Shown here: piece by piece, positions 38,801 to 53,200 of the stretch
Numbering within the stretch: position 1 is the first letter of the stretch
Layout of the letters: each line of letters opens with the position of its first letter
From: Paragordius varius
Lineage: Eukaryota; Animalia; Nematomorpha
DNA length: 64,000 nucleotides
Direction: 5' to 3'
NCBI GenBank assembly: GCA_964247055.1
Contig: OZ176054.1
Span: forward strand, 186,001-250,000
Made by a program: the position numbers and the translations under genes
Notes under the pieces: model-generated
Databases searched by the model: none
What the model saw: the letters and a program-made list of their open reading frames with translations, nothing else
Told to the model about the DNA's origin: nothing

Positions 38801-41200
38801 TACCTAAAATCCAAATTTGATCATTTGATGTCGCCATAATTTTTTTTGGGTAGCCCTATAGTAGTTCCATCATCACCCCAAATATTTTCGAGATCGGAGT
38901 ATAAATGTAATTTTTATGAATTTTTTAAATATTTAAAAAATTTTTTTTATACGATTTTAAAAATCAAAATGGCTACCTAAAATCCAAATTTGATCAGGTG
39001 ATGTCACCATAATTTTTTTTAGGTAGCCCTATGGTAGTTCCATCATCACCCCAAATATTTTCGAGATCGGAGTATAAATGTAATTTTTATGAATTTTTTA
39101 AATATTTAAAAAATTTATTTTATACGATTTTAAAAATAAAAATGGCTACCTAAAATATAAATTTGATCATTTGGGTAGCCCTATGGTCGTTCCATCATCA
39201 CCCCAAATATTGTCGAGATCGGAGTATGAATGTAATTTTTTTGAATTTTTTAAATATTTAAAAAATTTATTTTATACGATTTTAAAAATAAAAATGGCTA
39301 CCTATAATCCAAATATGATCAGGTGATGTCGCCATAATTTTTTTGCGTAGCCCTATGGTAGTTCTATCATCACCCCAAATATTTTGGGGATCGGACTATA
39401 AATGTAATTTTTATGAATTTTTTAAATATTTAAAAAATTTATTTTATACGATTTTAAAAATAAAAATGGCTACCTAAAATCCAAATTTGATCAGGTGATG
39501 TCGCCATAATTTTTTTTGGGTAGCCCTATAGTAGTTCCATCATCACCCCAAATATTTTCAAGATCGGAGTATAAATGTAATTTTTATGAATTTTTTAAAT
39601 ATTTAAAAAATTTATTTTATACGATTTGATAAATAAAAATGGCTACCTAAAATCCAAATTTGATCAGGTGATGTCACCATATTTTTTTTGGGTAGCCCTA
39701 TGGTAGTTCCATCATCACCCCAAATATTTTGGGGATCGGACTATAAATGTAATTTTTATGAATTTTTTAAATATTTAAAAAATTTATTTTATACGATTTT
39801 AAAAATAAAAATGGCTACCTAAAATCCAAATTTGATCAGGTGATGTCACCATATTTTTTTTGGGTAGCCCTATGGTAGTTCCATCATCACCCCAAATATT
39901 TTCGAGATCGGAGTATAAATGTAATTTTTATGAATTTTTTAAATATTTAAAAAATTTATTTTATACGATTTTAAAAATAAAAATGGCTACCTAAAATCCA
40001 AATTTGATCAGGTGATGTCACCATAATTTTTTTGGGTAGCCCTATGGTAGTTCCATCATCACCTCAAATATTTTCGAGATCGGAGTATAAATGTAATTTT
40101 TATGAATTTTTTAAATATTTAAAAAATTTATTTTATACGATTTTAAAAATAAAAATGGCTATCTAAAATCCAAATTTGATCAGGTGATGTCACCATAATT
40201 TTTTTTGGGTAGCCCTATGGTAGTTCCATCATCACCCCAAATATTTTCGAGATCGGAGTATAAATGTAATTTTTATGAATTTTTTAAATATTTAAAAAAT
40301 TTATTTTATACGATTTTAAAAATAAAAATGGCTACCTAAAATCCAAATTTGATCAGGTGATGTCGCCATAATTTTTTTGGGTAGCCCTATGGTAGTTCCA
40401 TCATCACCCCAAATATTTTTGAGATCGGACATTAAATGTAATTTTTATGAATTTTTTAAATATTTAAAAAATTTATTTTATACGATTTTAAAAATAAAAA
40501 TGGCTACCTAAAATCCAAATTTGATCAGGTGATGTCACCATAATTTTTTTGGGTAGCCCTATGGTAGTTCCATCATCACCCCAAATATTTTCGAGATCGG
40601 AGTATAAATGTAATTTTTATGAATTTTTTAAATATTTAAAAAATTTATTTTATACGATTTTAAAAATAAAAATGGCTACCTAAAATCCAAATTTGATCAG
40701 GTGATGTCACCATAATTTTTTTTGGGTAGCCCTATGGTAGTTCCATCATCACCCCAAATATTTTCGAGATGGGAGTATAAATGTAATTTTTATGAATTTT
40801 TTAAATATTTAAAAAATTTATTTTATACGATATTAAAAATAAAAATGGCTATCTAAAATCCAAATTTGATCAGGTGATGTCACCATAATTTTTTTTGGGT
40901 AGCCCTATGGTAGTTCCATCATCACCCCAAATATTTTCGAGATCGGAGTATAAATGTAATTTTTATGGATTTTTTAAATATTTAAAAAATTTATTTTATA
41001 CGATTATAAAAATAAAAATGGCTACCTAAAATCCAAATTTGATCAGGTGATGTCGCCATAATTTTTGGGTAGCCCTATAGTAGTTCCATCATCACCCCAA
41101 ATATTTTCGAGATCGGAGTATAAATGTAATTTTTATGAATTTTTTAAATATTTAAAAAATTTATTTTATACGATTTTAAAAATAAAAATGGGTACCTAAA
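32900..41200. repeat. Sub-array with a 6-7-monomer HOR family (markers GGTCGTT, CCTATAATCCAAATATG, GTTCTAT, TTTCAAGA, GGGTACC)
   Basis: CCTATAATCC at 33493, 35889, 36924, 38114, 39301 (spacings 2396, 1035, 1190, 1187). I did not see this marker or GGTCGTT outside the interval. Confidence 0.88.
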
Positions 41201-44200
41201 ATCCAAATTTGATCAGGTGATGTCACTATAATTTTTTTTGGGTAGCCCTATGGTAGTTCCATCATCACCCCAAATATTTTTGAGATCGGAGTATAAATGT
41301 AATTTTTATGAATTTTTTAAATATTTAAAAAATTTATTTTATACGATTTTAAAAATAAAAATGGCTACCTAAAATCCAAATTTGATCAGGTGATGTCACC
41401 ATATTTTTTTAGGTAGCCCTATGGTAGTTCCATCATCACCCCAAATATTTTGGGGATCGGACTATAAATGTAATTTTTATGAATTTTTTAAATATTTAAA
41501 AAATTTATTTTATACGATTTTAAAAATAAAAATGGCTACCTAAAATCCAAATTTGATCAGGTGATGTACCATAATTTTTTTTGGGTAGCCCTATGGTAGT
41601 TCCATCATCACCCCAAATATTTTCGAGATCGGAGTATAAATGTAATTTTTATGAATTTTTTAAATATTTAAAAAATTTATTTTATACGATTTTAAAAATA
41701 AAAATGGCTACCTAAAATCCAAATTTGATCAGGTGATGTCACCATAATTTTTTTTGGGTAGCCCTATGGTAGTTCCATCATCACCCCAAATATTGTCGAG
41801 ATCGGAGTATAAATGTAATTTTTATGAATTTTTTAAATATTTAAAAAATTTATTTTATACGATCTTAAAAATAAAAATGGCTACCTAAAATCCAAATTTG
41901 ATCAGGTGACCATAATTTTTTTTGGGTAGCCTTATGGTAGTTCCATCATCACCCCAAATATTTTCGAGATCCGAATATAAATGTAATTTTTATGAATTTT
42001 TTAAATATTTAAAAAATTTATTTTATACGATTTTAAAAATAAAAATGGCTACCTAAAAATTTGATCAGGTGATATCACCATATTTTTTTTTGGGTAGCCC
42101 TATGGTAGTTCCATCATCACCCCAAATATTGTCGAGATCGGAGTATAAATGTAATTTTTTTGAATTTTTTAAATATTTAAAAAATTTATTTTATACGATT
42201 TTAAAAATAAAAATGGCTACCTAAAATCCAAATTTGATCAGGCGATGTCGCCATAATTTTTTTTGGTAGCCCTATGGTAGTTGCATCATCACCCCAAATA
42301 TTTTCGAGATCGGAGTATAAATGTAATTTTTATGAATTTTTTAAATATTTAAAAAATTTATTTTATACGATTTTAAAAATAAAAATGGCTACCTAAAATC
42401 CAAATTTGATCAGGTGATGTCACCATAATTTTTTTTGGGTAGCCCTATGGTAGTTCCATCATCACCCCAAATATTGTCGAGATCGGAGTATAAATGTAAT
42501 TTTTATGAATTTTTTAAATATTTAAAAAATTTATTTTATACGATCTTAAAAATAAAAATGGCTACCTAAAATCCAAATTTGATCAGGTGACCATAATTTT
42601 TTTTGGGTAGCCTTATGGTAGTTCCATCATCACCCCAAATATTTTCGAGATCCGAATATAAATGTAATTTTTATGAATTTTTTAAATATTTAAAAAATTT
42701 ATTTTATACGATTTTAAAAATAAAAATGGCTACCTAAAAATTTGATCAGGTGATATCACCATATTTTTTTTTGGGTAGCCCTATGGTAGTTCCATCATCA
42801 CCCCAAATATTGTCGAGATCGGAGTATAAATGTAATTTTTTTGAATTTTTTAAATATTTAAAAAATTTATTTTATACGATTTTAAAAATAAAAATGGCTA
42901 CCTAAAATCCAAATTTGATCAGGCGATGTCGCCATAATTTTTTTTGGTAGCCCTATGGTAGTTCCATCATCACCCCAAATATTTTCGAGATCGGAGTACA
43001 AATGTAATTTTTATGAATTTTTTAAATATTTAAAAAATTTATTTTATACGATTTTAAAAATAAAAATGGCTACCTAAAATCCAAATTTGATCAGGTGATG
43101 TCACCATAATTTTTTTTGGGTAGCCCTATGGTAGTTCCATCATCACCCCAAATATTTTGGGGATCGGACTATAAATGTAATTTTTATGAATTTTTTAAAT
43201 ATTTAAAAAATTTATTTTATACGATTTTAAAAATAAAAATGGCTACCTAAAATCCAAATTTGATCAGGTGATGTACCATAATTTTTTTTGGGTAGCCCTA
43301 TGGTAGTTCCATCATCACCCCAAATATTTTCGAGATCGGAGTATAAATGTAATTTTTATGAATTTTTTAAATATTTAAAAAATTTATTTTATACGATTTT
43401 AAAAATAAAAATGGCTACCTAAAATCCAAATTTGATCAGGTGATGTCGCCATAATTTTTTTTGGGTAGCCCTATGGTAGTTCCATCATCACCCTAAATAT
43501 TTTGGGGATCGGACTATAAATGTAATTTTTATGAATTTTTTAAATATTTAAAAAATTTATTTTATACGATTTTCAAAATAAAAATGGCTACCTAAAATCC
43601 AAATTTGATCAGGTGATGTCACCATAATTTTTTTTGGGCCCTATGGTAGTTCCATCATCACCCCAAATATTTTCGAGATCGGAGTATAAATGTAATTTTT
43701 ATGAATTTTTTAAATATTTAAAAAATTTATTTTATACGATTTTAAAAATAAAAATGGCTACCTAAAATCCAAATTTGATCAGGTGATGTCACCATAATTT
43801 TTTTTGGGTAGCCCTATGGTAGTTCCATCATCACCCCAAATATTGTCGAGATCGGAGTATAAATGTAATTTTTATGAATTTTTTAAATATTTAAAAAATT
43901 TATTTTATACGATCTTAAAAATAAAAATGGCTACCTAAAATCCAAATTTGATCAGGTGACCATAATTTTTTTTGGGTAGCCTTATGGTAGTTCCATCATC
44001 ACCCCAAATATTTTCGAGATCCGAATATAAAGTAATTTTTATGAATTTTTTAAATATTTAAAAAATTTATTTTATACGATTTTAAAAATAAAAATGGCTA
44101 CCTAAAAATTTGATCAGGTGATATCACCATATTTTTTTTTGGGTAGCCCTATGGTAGTTCCATCATCACCCCAAATATTGTCGAGATCGGAGTATAAATG

Positions 44201-47200
44201 TAATTTTTTTGAATTTTTTAAATATTTAAAAAATTTATTTTATACGATTTTAAAAATAAAAATGGCTACCTAAAATCCAAATTTGATCAGGCGATGTCGC
44301 CATAATTTTTTTTGGTAGCCCTATGGTAGTTCCATCATCACCCCAAATATTTTCGAGATCGGAGTATAAATGTAATTTTTATGAATTTTTTAAATATTTA
44401 AAAAATTTATTTTATACGATTTTAAAAATAAAAATGGCTACCTAAAATCCAAATTTGATCAGGTGATGTCACCATAATTTTTTTTGGGTAGCCCTATGGT
44501 AGTTCCATCATCACCCCAAATATTTTCGAGATCGGAGTATAAATGTAATTTTTATGAATTTTTTAAATATTTAAAAAATTTATTTTATACGATTTTAAAA
44601 ATAAAAATGGCTACCTAAAATCCAAATTTGATCAGGTGATGTCACTATAATTTTTTTGGGTAGCCCTATGGTAGTTCCATCATCACCCCAAATATTTTCG
44701 AGATCGGAGTATAAATGTAATTTTTATGAATTTTTTAAATATTTAAAAAATTTATTTTATACGATTTTAAAAATAAATATGGCTACCTAAAATCCAAATT
44801 TGATCAGGTGATGTCACTATAATTTTTTTGGGTAGCCCTATGGTAGTTCCATCATCACCCCAAATATTTTTGAGATCGGAGTATAAATGTAATTTTTATG
44901 AATTTTTTAAATATTTAAAAAATTTATTTTATACGATTTTAAAAATAAAAATGGCTACCTAAAATTCAAATTTGATCAGGTGATGTCACCATATTTTTTT
45001 AGGTAGCCCTATGGTAGTTCCATCATCACCCCAAATATTTTGGGGATCGGACTATAAATGTAATTTTTATGAATTTTTTAAATATTTAAAAAATTTATTT
45101 TATACGATTTTAAAAATAAAAATGGCTACCTAAAATCCAAATTTGATCAGGTGATGTACCATAATTTTTTTTGGGTAGCCCTATGGTAGTTCCATCATCA
45201 CCCCAAATATTTTCAAGATCGGAGTATAAATGTAATTTTTATGAATTTTTTAAATATTTAAAAAATTTATTTTATACGATTTTAAAAATAAAAATGGCTA
45301 CCTAAAATCCAAATTTGATCAGGTGATGTCGCCATAATTTTTTTTGGGTAGCCCTATGGTAGTTCCATCATCACCCTAAATATTTTGGGGATCGGACTAT
45401 AAATGTAATTTTTATGAATTTTTTAAATATTTAAAAAATTTATTTTATACGATTTTCAAAATAAAAATGGCTACCTAAAATCCAAATTTGATCAGGTGAT
45501 GTCACCATAATTTTTTTTTGGCCCTATGGTAGTTCCATCATCACCCCAAATATTTTCGAGATCGGAGTATAAATGTAATTTTTATGAATTTTTTAAATAT
45601 TTAAAAAATTTATTTTATACGATTTTAAAAATAAAAATGGCTACCTAAAATCCAAATTTGATCAGGTGATGTCACCATAATTTTTTTTGGGTAGCCCTAT
45701 GGTAGTTCCATCATCACCCCAAATATTGTCGAGATCGGAGTATAAATGTAATTTTTATGAATTTTTTAAATATTTAAAAAATTTATTTTATACGATCTTA
45801 AAAATAAAAATGGCTACCTAAAATCCAAATTTGATCAGGTGACCATAATTTTTTTTGGGTAGCCTTATGGTAGTTCCATCATCACCCCAAATATTTTCGA
45901 GATCCGAATATAAATGTAATTTTTATGAATTTTTTAAATATTTAAAAAATTTATTTTATACGATTTTAAAAATAAAAATGGCTACCTAAAAATTTGATCA
46001 GGTGATGTCACCATAATTTTTTTTGGGTAGCCCTATGGTAGTTCCATCATCACCCCAAATATTGTCGAGATCGGAGTATAAATGTAATTTTTTTGAATTT
46101 TTTAAATATTTAAAAAATTTATTTTATACGATTTTAAAAATAAAAATGGCTACCTAAAATCCAAATTTGATCAGGCGATGTCGCCATAATTTTTTTTGGT
46201 AGCCCTATGGTAGTTCCATCATCACCCCAAATATTTTCGAGATCGGAGTATAAATGTAATTTTTATGAATTTTTTAAATATTTAAAAAATTTATTTTATA
46301 CGATTTTAAAAATAAAAATGGCTACCTAAAATCCAAATTTGATCAGGTGATGTCACCATAATTTTTTTTGGGTAGCCCTATGGTAGTTCCATCATCACCC
46401 CAAATATTTTCGAGATCAGAGTATAAATGTAATTTTTATGAATTTTTTAAATATTTAAAAAATTTATTTTATACGATTTTAAAAATAAAAATGGCTACCT
46501 AAAATCCAAATTTGATCAGGTGATGTCACCATAATTTTTTTTGGGTAGCCCTATGGAAGTTCCATCATCACCCCAAATATTGTCGAGATCGGAGTATAAA
46601 TGTAATTTTTATGAATTTTTTAAATATTTAAAAAATTTATTTTATACGATCTTAAAAATAAAAATGGCTACCTAAAATCCAAATTTGATCAGGTGACCAT
46701 AATTTTTTTTGGGTAGCCTTATGGTAGTTCCATCATCACCCCAAATATTTTCGAGATCCGAATATAAATGTAATTTTTATGAATTTTTTAAATATTTAAA
46801 AAATTTATTTTATACGATTTTAAAAATAAAAATGGCTACCTAAAAATTTGATCAGGTGATGTCACCATATTTTTTTTTGGGTAGCCCTATGGTAGTTCCA
46901 TCATCACCCCAAATATTGTCGAGATCGGAGTATAAATGTAATTTTTTTGAATTTTTTAAATATTTAAAAAATTTATTTTTACGATTTTAAAAATAAAAAT
47001 GGCTACCTAAAATCCAAATTTGATCAGGCGATGTCGCCATAATTTTTTTTGGTAGCCCTATGGTAGTTCCATCATCACCCCAAATATTTTCGAGATCGGA
47101 GTATAAATGTAATTTTTATGAATTTTTTAAATATTTAAAAAATTTATTTTATACGATTTTAAAAATAAAAATGGCTACCTAAAATCCAAATTTGATCAGG

Positions 47201-50200
47201 TGATGTCACCATAATTTTTTTTGGGTAGCCCTATGGTAGTTCCATCATCACCCCAAATATTTTCGAGATCGGAGTATAAATGTAATTTTTATGAATTTTT
47301 TAAATATTTAAAAAATTTATTTTATACGATTTTAAAAATAAAAATGGCTACCTAAAATCCAAATTTGATCAGGTGATGTCACTATAATTTTTTTGGGTAG
47401 CCCTATGGTAGTTCCATCATCACCCCAAATATTTTCGAGATCGGAGTATAAATGTAATTTTTATGAATTTTTTAAATATTTAAAAAATTTATTTTATACG
47501 ATTTTAAAAATAAAAATGGCTACCTAAAATCCAAATTTGATCAGGTGATGTCACTATAATTTTTTTGGGTAGCCCTATGGTAGTTCCATCATCACCCCAA
47601 ATATTTTTGAGATCGGAGTATAAATGTAATTTTTATGAATTTTTTAAATATTTAAAAAATTTATTTTATACGATTTTAAAAATAAAAATGGCTACCTAAA
47701 ATCCAAATTTGATCAGGTGATGTCACCATATTTTTTTAGGTAGCCCTATGGTAGTTCCATCATCACCCCAAATATTTTGGGGATCGGACTATAAATGTAA
47801 TTTTTATGAATTTTTTAAATATTTAAAAAATTTATTTTATACGATTTTAAAAATAAAAATGGCTACCTAAAATCCAAATTTGATCAGGTGATGTACCATA
47901 ATTTTTTTTGGGTAGCCCTATGGTAGTTCCATCATCACCCCAAATATTTTCGAGATCGGAGTATAAATGTAATTTTTATGAATTTTTTAAATATTTAAAA
48001 AATTTATTTTATACGATTTTAAAAATAAAAATGGCTACCTAAAATCCAAATTTGATCAGGTGATGTCGCCATAATTTTTTTGGGTAGCCCTATGGTAGTT
48101 CCATCATCACCCTAAATATTTTGGGGATCGGACTATAAATGTAATTTTTATGAATTTTTTAAATATTTAAAAAATTTATTTTATACGATTTTCAAAATAA
48201 AAATGGCTACCTACAAATTTGATCAGGTGATGTCACCATAATTTTTTTTGGGCCCTATTGTAGTTCCATCATCACCCCAAATATTTTCGAGATCGGAGTA
48301 TAAATGTAATTTTTATGAATTTTTTAAATATTTAAAAAATTTATTTTATACGATTTTAAAAATAAAAATGGCTACCTAAAATCCAAATTTGATCAGGTGA
48401 TGTCACCATAATTTTTTTTGGGTAGCCCTATAGTAGTTCCATCATCACCTCAAATATTTTGGGGATCGGACTATAAATGTAATTTTTATGAATTTTTTAA
48501 ATATTTAAAAAATTTATTTTATACGATTTTAAAAATAAAAATGGCTACCTAAAATCCAAATTTGATCAGGTGATGACGCCATAATTTTTTTGGGTAGCCC
48601 TATGGTAGTTCCATCATCACCCTAAATATTTTGGGGATCGGACTATAAATGTAATTTTTATGAATTTTTTAAATATTTAAAAAATTTATTTTATACGATT
48701 TTCAAAATAAAAATGGCTACCTAAAATCCAAATTTGATCAGGTGATGTCACCATAATTTTTTTTGGGCCCTATGGTAGTTCCATCATCACCCCAAATATT
48801 GTCGAGATCGGAGTATAAATGTAATTTTTATGAATTTTTTAAATATTTAAAAAATTTATTTTATACGATCTTAAAAATAAAAATGGCTACCTAAAATCCA
48901 AATTTGATCAGGTGACCATAATTTTTTTTGGGTAGCCTTATGGTAGTTCCATCATCACCCCAAATATTTTCGAGATCCGAATATAAATGTAATTTTTATG
49001 AATTTTTTAAATATTTAAAAAATTTATTTTATACGATTTTAAAAATAAAAATGGCTACCTAAAAATTTGATCAGGTGATGTCACCATAATTTTTTTTGGG
49101 TAGCCCTATGGTAGTTCCATCATCACCCCAAATATTGTCGAGATCGGAGTATAAATGTAATTTTTTTGAATTTTTTAAATATTTAAAAAATTTATTTTAT
49201 ACGATTTTAAAAATAAAAATGGCTACCTAAAATCCAAATTTGATCAGGCGATGTCGCCATAATTTTTTTTGGTAGCCCTATGGTAGTTCCATCATCACCC
49301 CAAATATTTTCGAGATCGGAGTATAAATGTAATTTTTATGAATTTTTTAAATATTTAAAAAATTTATTTTATACGATTTTAAAAATAAAAATGGCTACCT
49401 AAAATCCAAATTTGATCAGGTGATGTCACCATAATTTTTTTTGGGTAGCCCTATGGTAGTTCCATCATCACCCCAAATATTTTCGAGATCGGAGTATAAA
49501 TGTAATTTTTATGAATTTTTTAAATATTTAAAAAATTTATTTTATACGATTTTAAAAATAAAAATGGCTACCTAAAATCCAAATTTGATCAGGTGATGTC
49601 ACTATAATTTTTTTGGGTAGCCCTATGGTAGTTCCATCATCACCCCAAATATTTTCGAGATCGGAGTATAAATGTAATTTTTATGAATTTTTTAAATATT
49701 TAAAAAATTTATTTTATACGATTTTAAAAATAAAAATGGCTACCTAAAATCCAAATTTGATCAGGTGATGTCACCATAATTTTTTTTGGGTAGCCCTATG
49801 GTAGTTCCATCATCACCCCAAATATTGTCGAGATCGGAGTATAAATGTAATTTTTATGAATTTTTTAAATATTTAAATTTATTTTATACGATCTTAAAAA
49901 TAAAAATGGCTACCTAAAATCCAAATTTGATCAGGTGACCATAATTTTTTTTGGGTAGCCTTATGGTAGTTCCATCATCACCCCAAATATTTTCGAGATC
50001 CGAATATAAATGTAATTTTTATGAATTTTTTAAATATTTAAAAAATTTATTTTATACGATTTTAAAAATAAAAATGGCTACCTAAAAATTTGATCAGGTG
50101 ATGTCACCATAATTTTTTTTGGGTAGCCCTATGGTAGTTCCATCATCACCCCAAATATTGTCGAGATCGGAGTATAAATGTAATTTTTTTGAATTTTTTA

Positions 50201-53200
50201 AATATTTAAAAAATTTATTTTATACGATTTTAAAAATAAAAATGGCTACCTAAAATCCAAATTTGATCAGGCGATGTCGCCATAATTTTTTTTGGTAGCC
50301 CTATGGTAGTTCCATCATCACCCCAAATATTTTCGAGATCGGAGTATAAATGTAATTTTTATGAATTTTTTAAATATTTAAAAAATTTATTTTATACGAT
50401 TTTAAAAATAAAAATGGCTACCTAAAATCCAAATTTGATCAGGTGATGTCACCATAATTTTTTTTGGGTAGCCCTATGGTAGTTCCATCATCACCCCAAA
50501 TATTTTCGAGATCGGAGTATAAATGTAATTTTTATGAATTTTTTAAATATTTAAAAAATTTATTTTATACGATTTTAAAAATAAAAATGGCTACCTAAAA
50601 TCCAAATTTGATCAGGTGATGTCACTATAATTTTTTTGGGTAGCCCTATGGTAGTTCCATCATCACCCCAAATATTTTCGAGATCGGAGTATAAATGTAA
50701 TTTTTATGAATTTTTTAAATATTTAAAAAATTTATTTTATACGATTTTAAAAATAAAAATGGCTACCTAAAATCCAAATTTGATCAGGTGATGTCACTAT
50801 AATTTTTTTGGGTAGCCCTATGGTAGTTCCATCATCACCCCAAATATTGTCGAGATCTGAGTATAAATGTAATTTTTATGAATTTTTTAAATATTTAAAA
50901 AATTTATTTTATACGATTTTAAAAATAAAAATGGCTACCTAAAATCCAAATTTGATCAGGTGATGTCACCATAATTTTTTTTGGGTAGCCCTATGGTAGT
51001 TCCATCATCACCCCAAATATTTTCGAGATCGGAGTATAAATGTAATTTTTATGAATTTTTTAAATATTTAAAAAATTTATTTTATACGATTTTAAAAATA
51101 AAAATGGCTACCTAAAATCCAAATTTGATCAGGTGATGTCGCCATAATTTTTTTTGGGTAGCCCTATAGTAGTTCCATCATCACCCCAAATATTTTCGAG
51201 ATCGGAGTATAAATGTAATTTTTATGAATTTTTTAAATATTTAAATATTTTATACGATTTTAAAAATAAACATGGCTACCTAAAATCCAAATTTGATCAG
51301 GTGATGTCGCCATAATTTTTTTTGGGTAGCCCTATGGTAGTTCCATCATCACCCCAAATATTGTCGAGATCGGAGTATAAATGTAATTTTTTTGAATTTT
51401 TTAAATATTTAAAAAATTTATTTTATACGATTTTAAAAATAAAAATGGTTACCTAAAATCCAAATTTGATCAGGTGATGTCGCCATAATTTTTTTTGGTA
51501 GCCCTATGGTAGTTCCATCATCACCCCAAATATTTTCGAGATCGGAGTATAAATGTAATTTTTATGAATTTTTTAAATATTTAAAAAATTTATTTTATAC
51601 GATTTTAAAAATAAAAATGGCTACCTAAAATCCAAATTTGATCAGGTGATGTCACCATAATTTTTTTTAGGTAGCCCTATGGTAGTTCCATCATCACCCC
51701 AAATATTTTCGAGATCGGAGTATAAATGTAATTTTTATGAATTTTTTAAATATTTAAAAAATTTATTTTATACGATTTTAAAAATAAAAATGGCTACCTA
51801 AAATCCAAATTTGATCAGGTGATGTCACTATAATTTTTTTGGGTAGCCCTATGGTAGTTCCATCATCACCCCAAATATTTTCGAGATCGTAGTATAAATG
51901 TAATTTTTATGAATTTTTTAAATATTTAAAAAATTTATTTTATACGATTTTAAAAATAAAAATGGCTACCTAAAATCCAAATTTGATCAGGTGATGTCAC
52001 CATAATTATTTTTAGGTAGCCCTATGGTAGTTCCATCATCACCCCAAATATTTTCGAGATCGGAGTATAAATGTAATTTTTATGAATTTTTTAAATATTT
52101 AAAAAATTTATTTTATACGATTTTAAAAATAAAAATGGCTACCTAAAATCCAAATTTGATCAGGTGATGTCGCCATAATTTTTTTTGGGTAGCCCTATGG
52201 TAGTTCCATCATCACCCTAAATATTTTGGGGATCGGACTATAAATGTAATTTTTATGAATTTTTTAAATATTTAAAAAATTTATTTTATACGATTTTCAA
52301 AATAAAAATGGCTACCTAAAATCCAAATTTGATCAGGTGATGTCACCATAATTTTTTTTGGGCCCTATGGTAGTTCCATCATCACCCCAAATATTTTCGA
52401 GATCGGAGTATAAATGTAATTTTTATGAATTTTTTAAATATTTAAAAAATTTATTTTATACGATTTTAAAAATAAAAATGGCTACCTAAAATCCAAATTT
52501 GATCAGGTGATGTCACCATAATTTTTTTTGGGTAGCCCTATGGTAGTTCCATCATCACCCCAAATATTGTCGAGATCGGAGTATAAATGTAATTTTTATG
52601 AATTTTTTAAATATTTAAAAAATTTATTTTATACGATCTTAAAAATAAAAATGGCTACCTAAAATCCAAATTTGATCAGGTGACCATAATTTTTTTTGGG
52701 TAGCCTTATGGTAGTTCCATCATCACCCCAAATATTTTCGAGATCCGAATATAAATGTAATTTTTATGAATTTTTTAAATATTTAAAAAATTTATTTTAT
52801 ACGATTTTAAAAATAAAAATGGCTACCTAAAAATTTGATCAGGTGATGTCACCATAATTTTTTTTGGGTAGCCCTATGGTAGTTCCATCATCACCCCAAA
52901 TATTGTCGAGATCGGAGTATAAATGTAATTTTTTTGAATTTTTTAAATATTTAAAAAATTTATTTTATACGATTTTAAAAATAAAAATGGCTACCTAAAA
53001 TCCAAATTTGATCAGGCGATGTCGCCATAATTTTTTTTGGTAGCCCTATGGTAGTTCCATCATCACCCCAAATATTTTCGAGATCGGAGTATAAATGTAA
53101 TTTTTATGAATTTTTTAAATATTTAAAAAATTTATTTTATACGATTTTAAAAATAAAAATGGCTACCTAAAATCCAAATTTGATCAGGTGATGTCACCAT

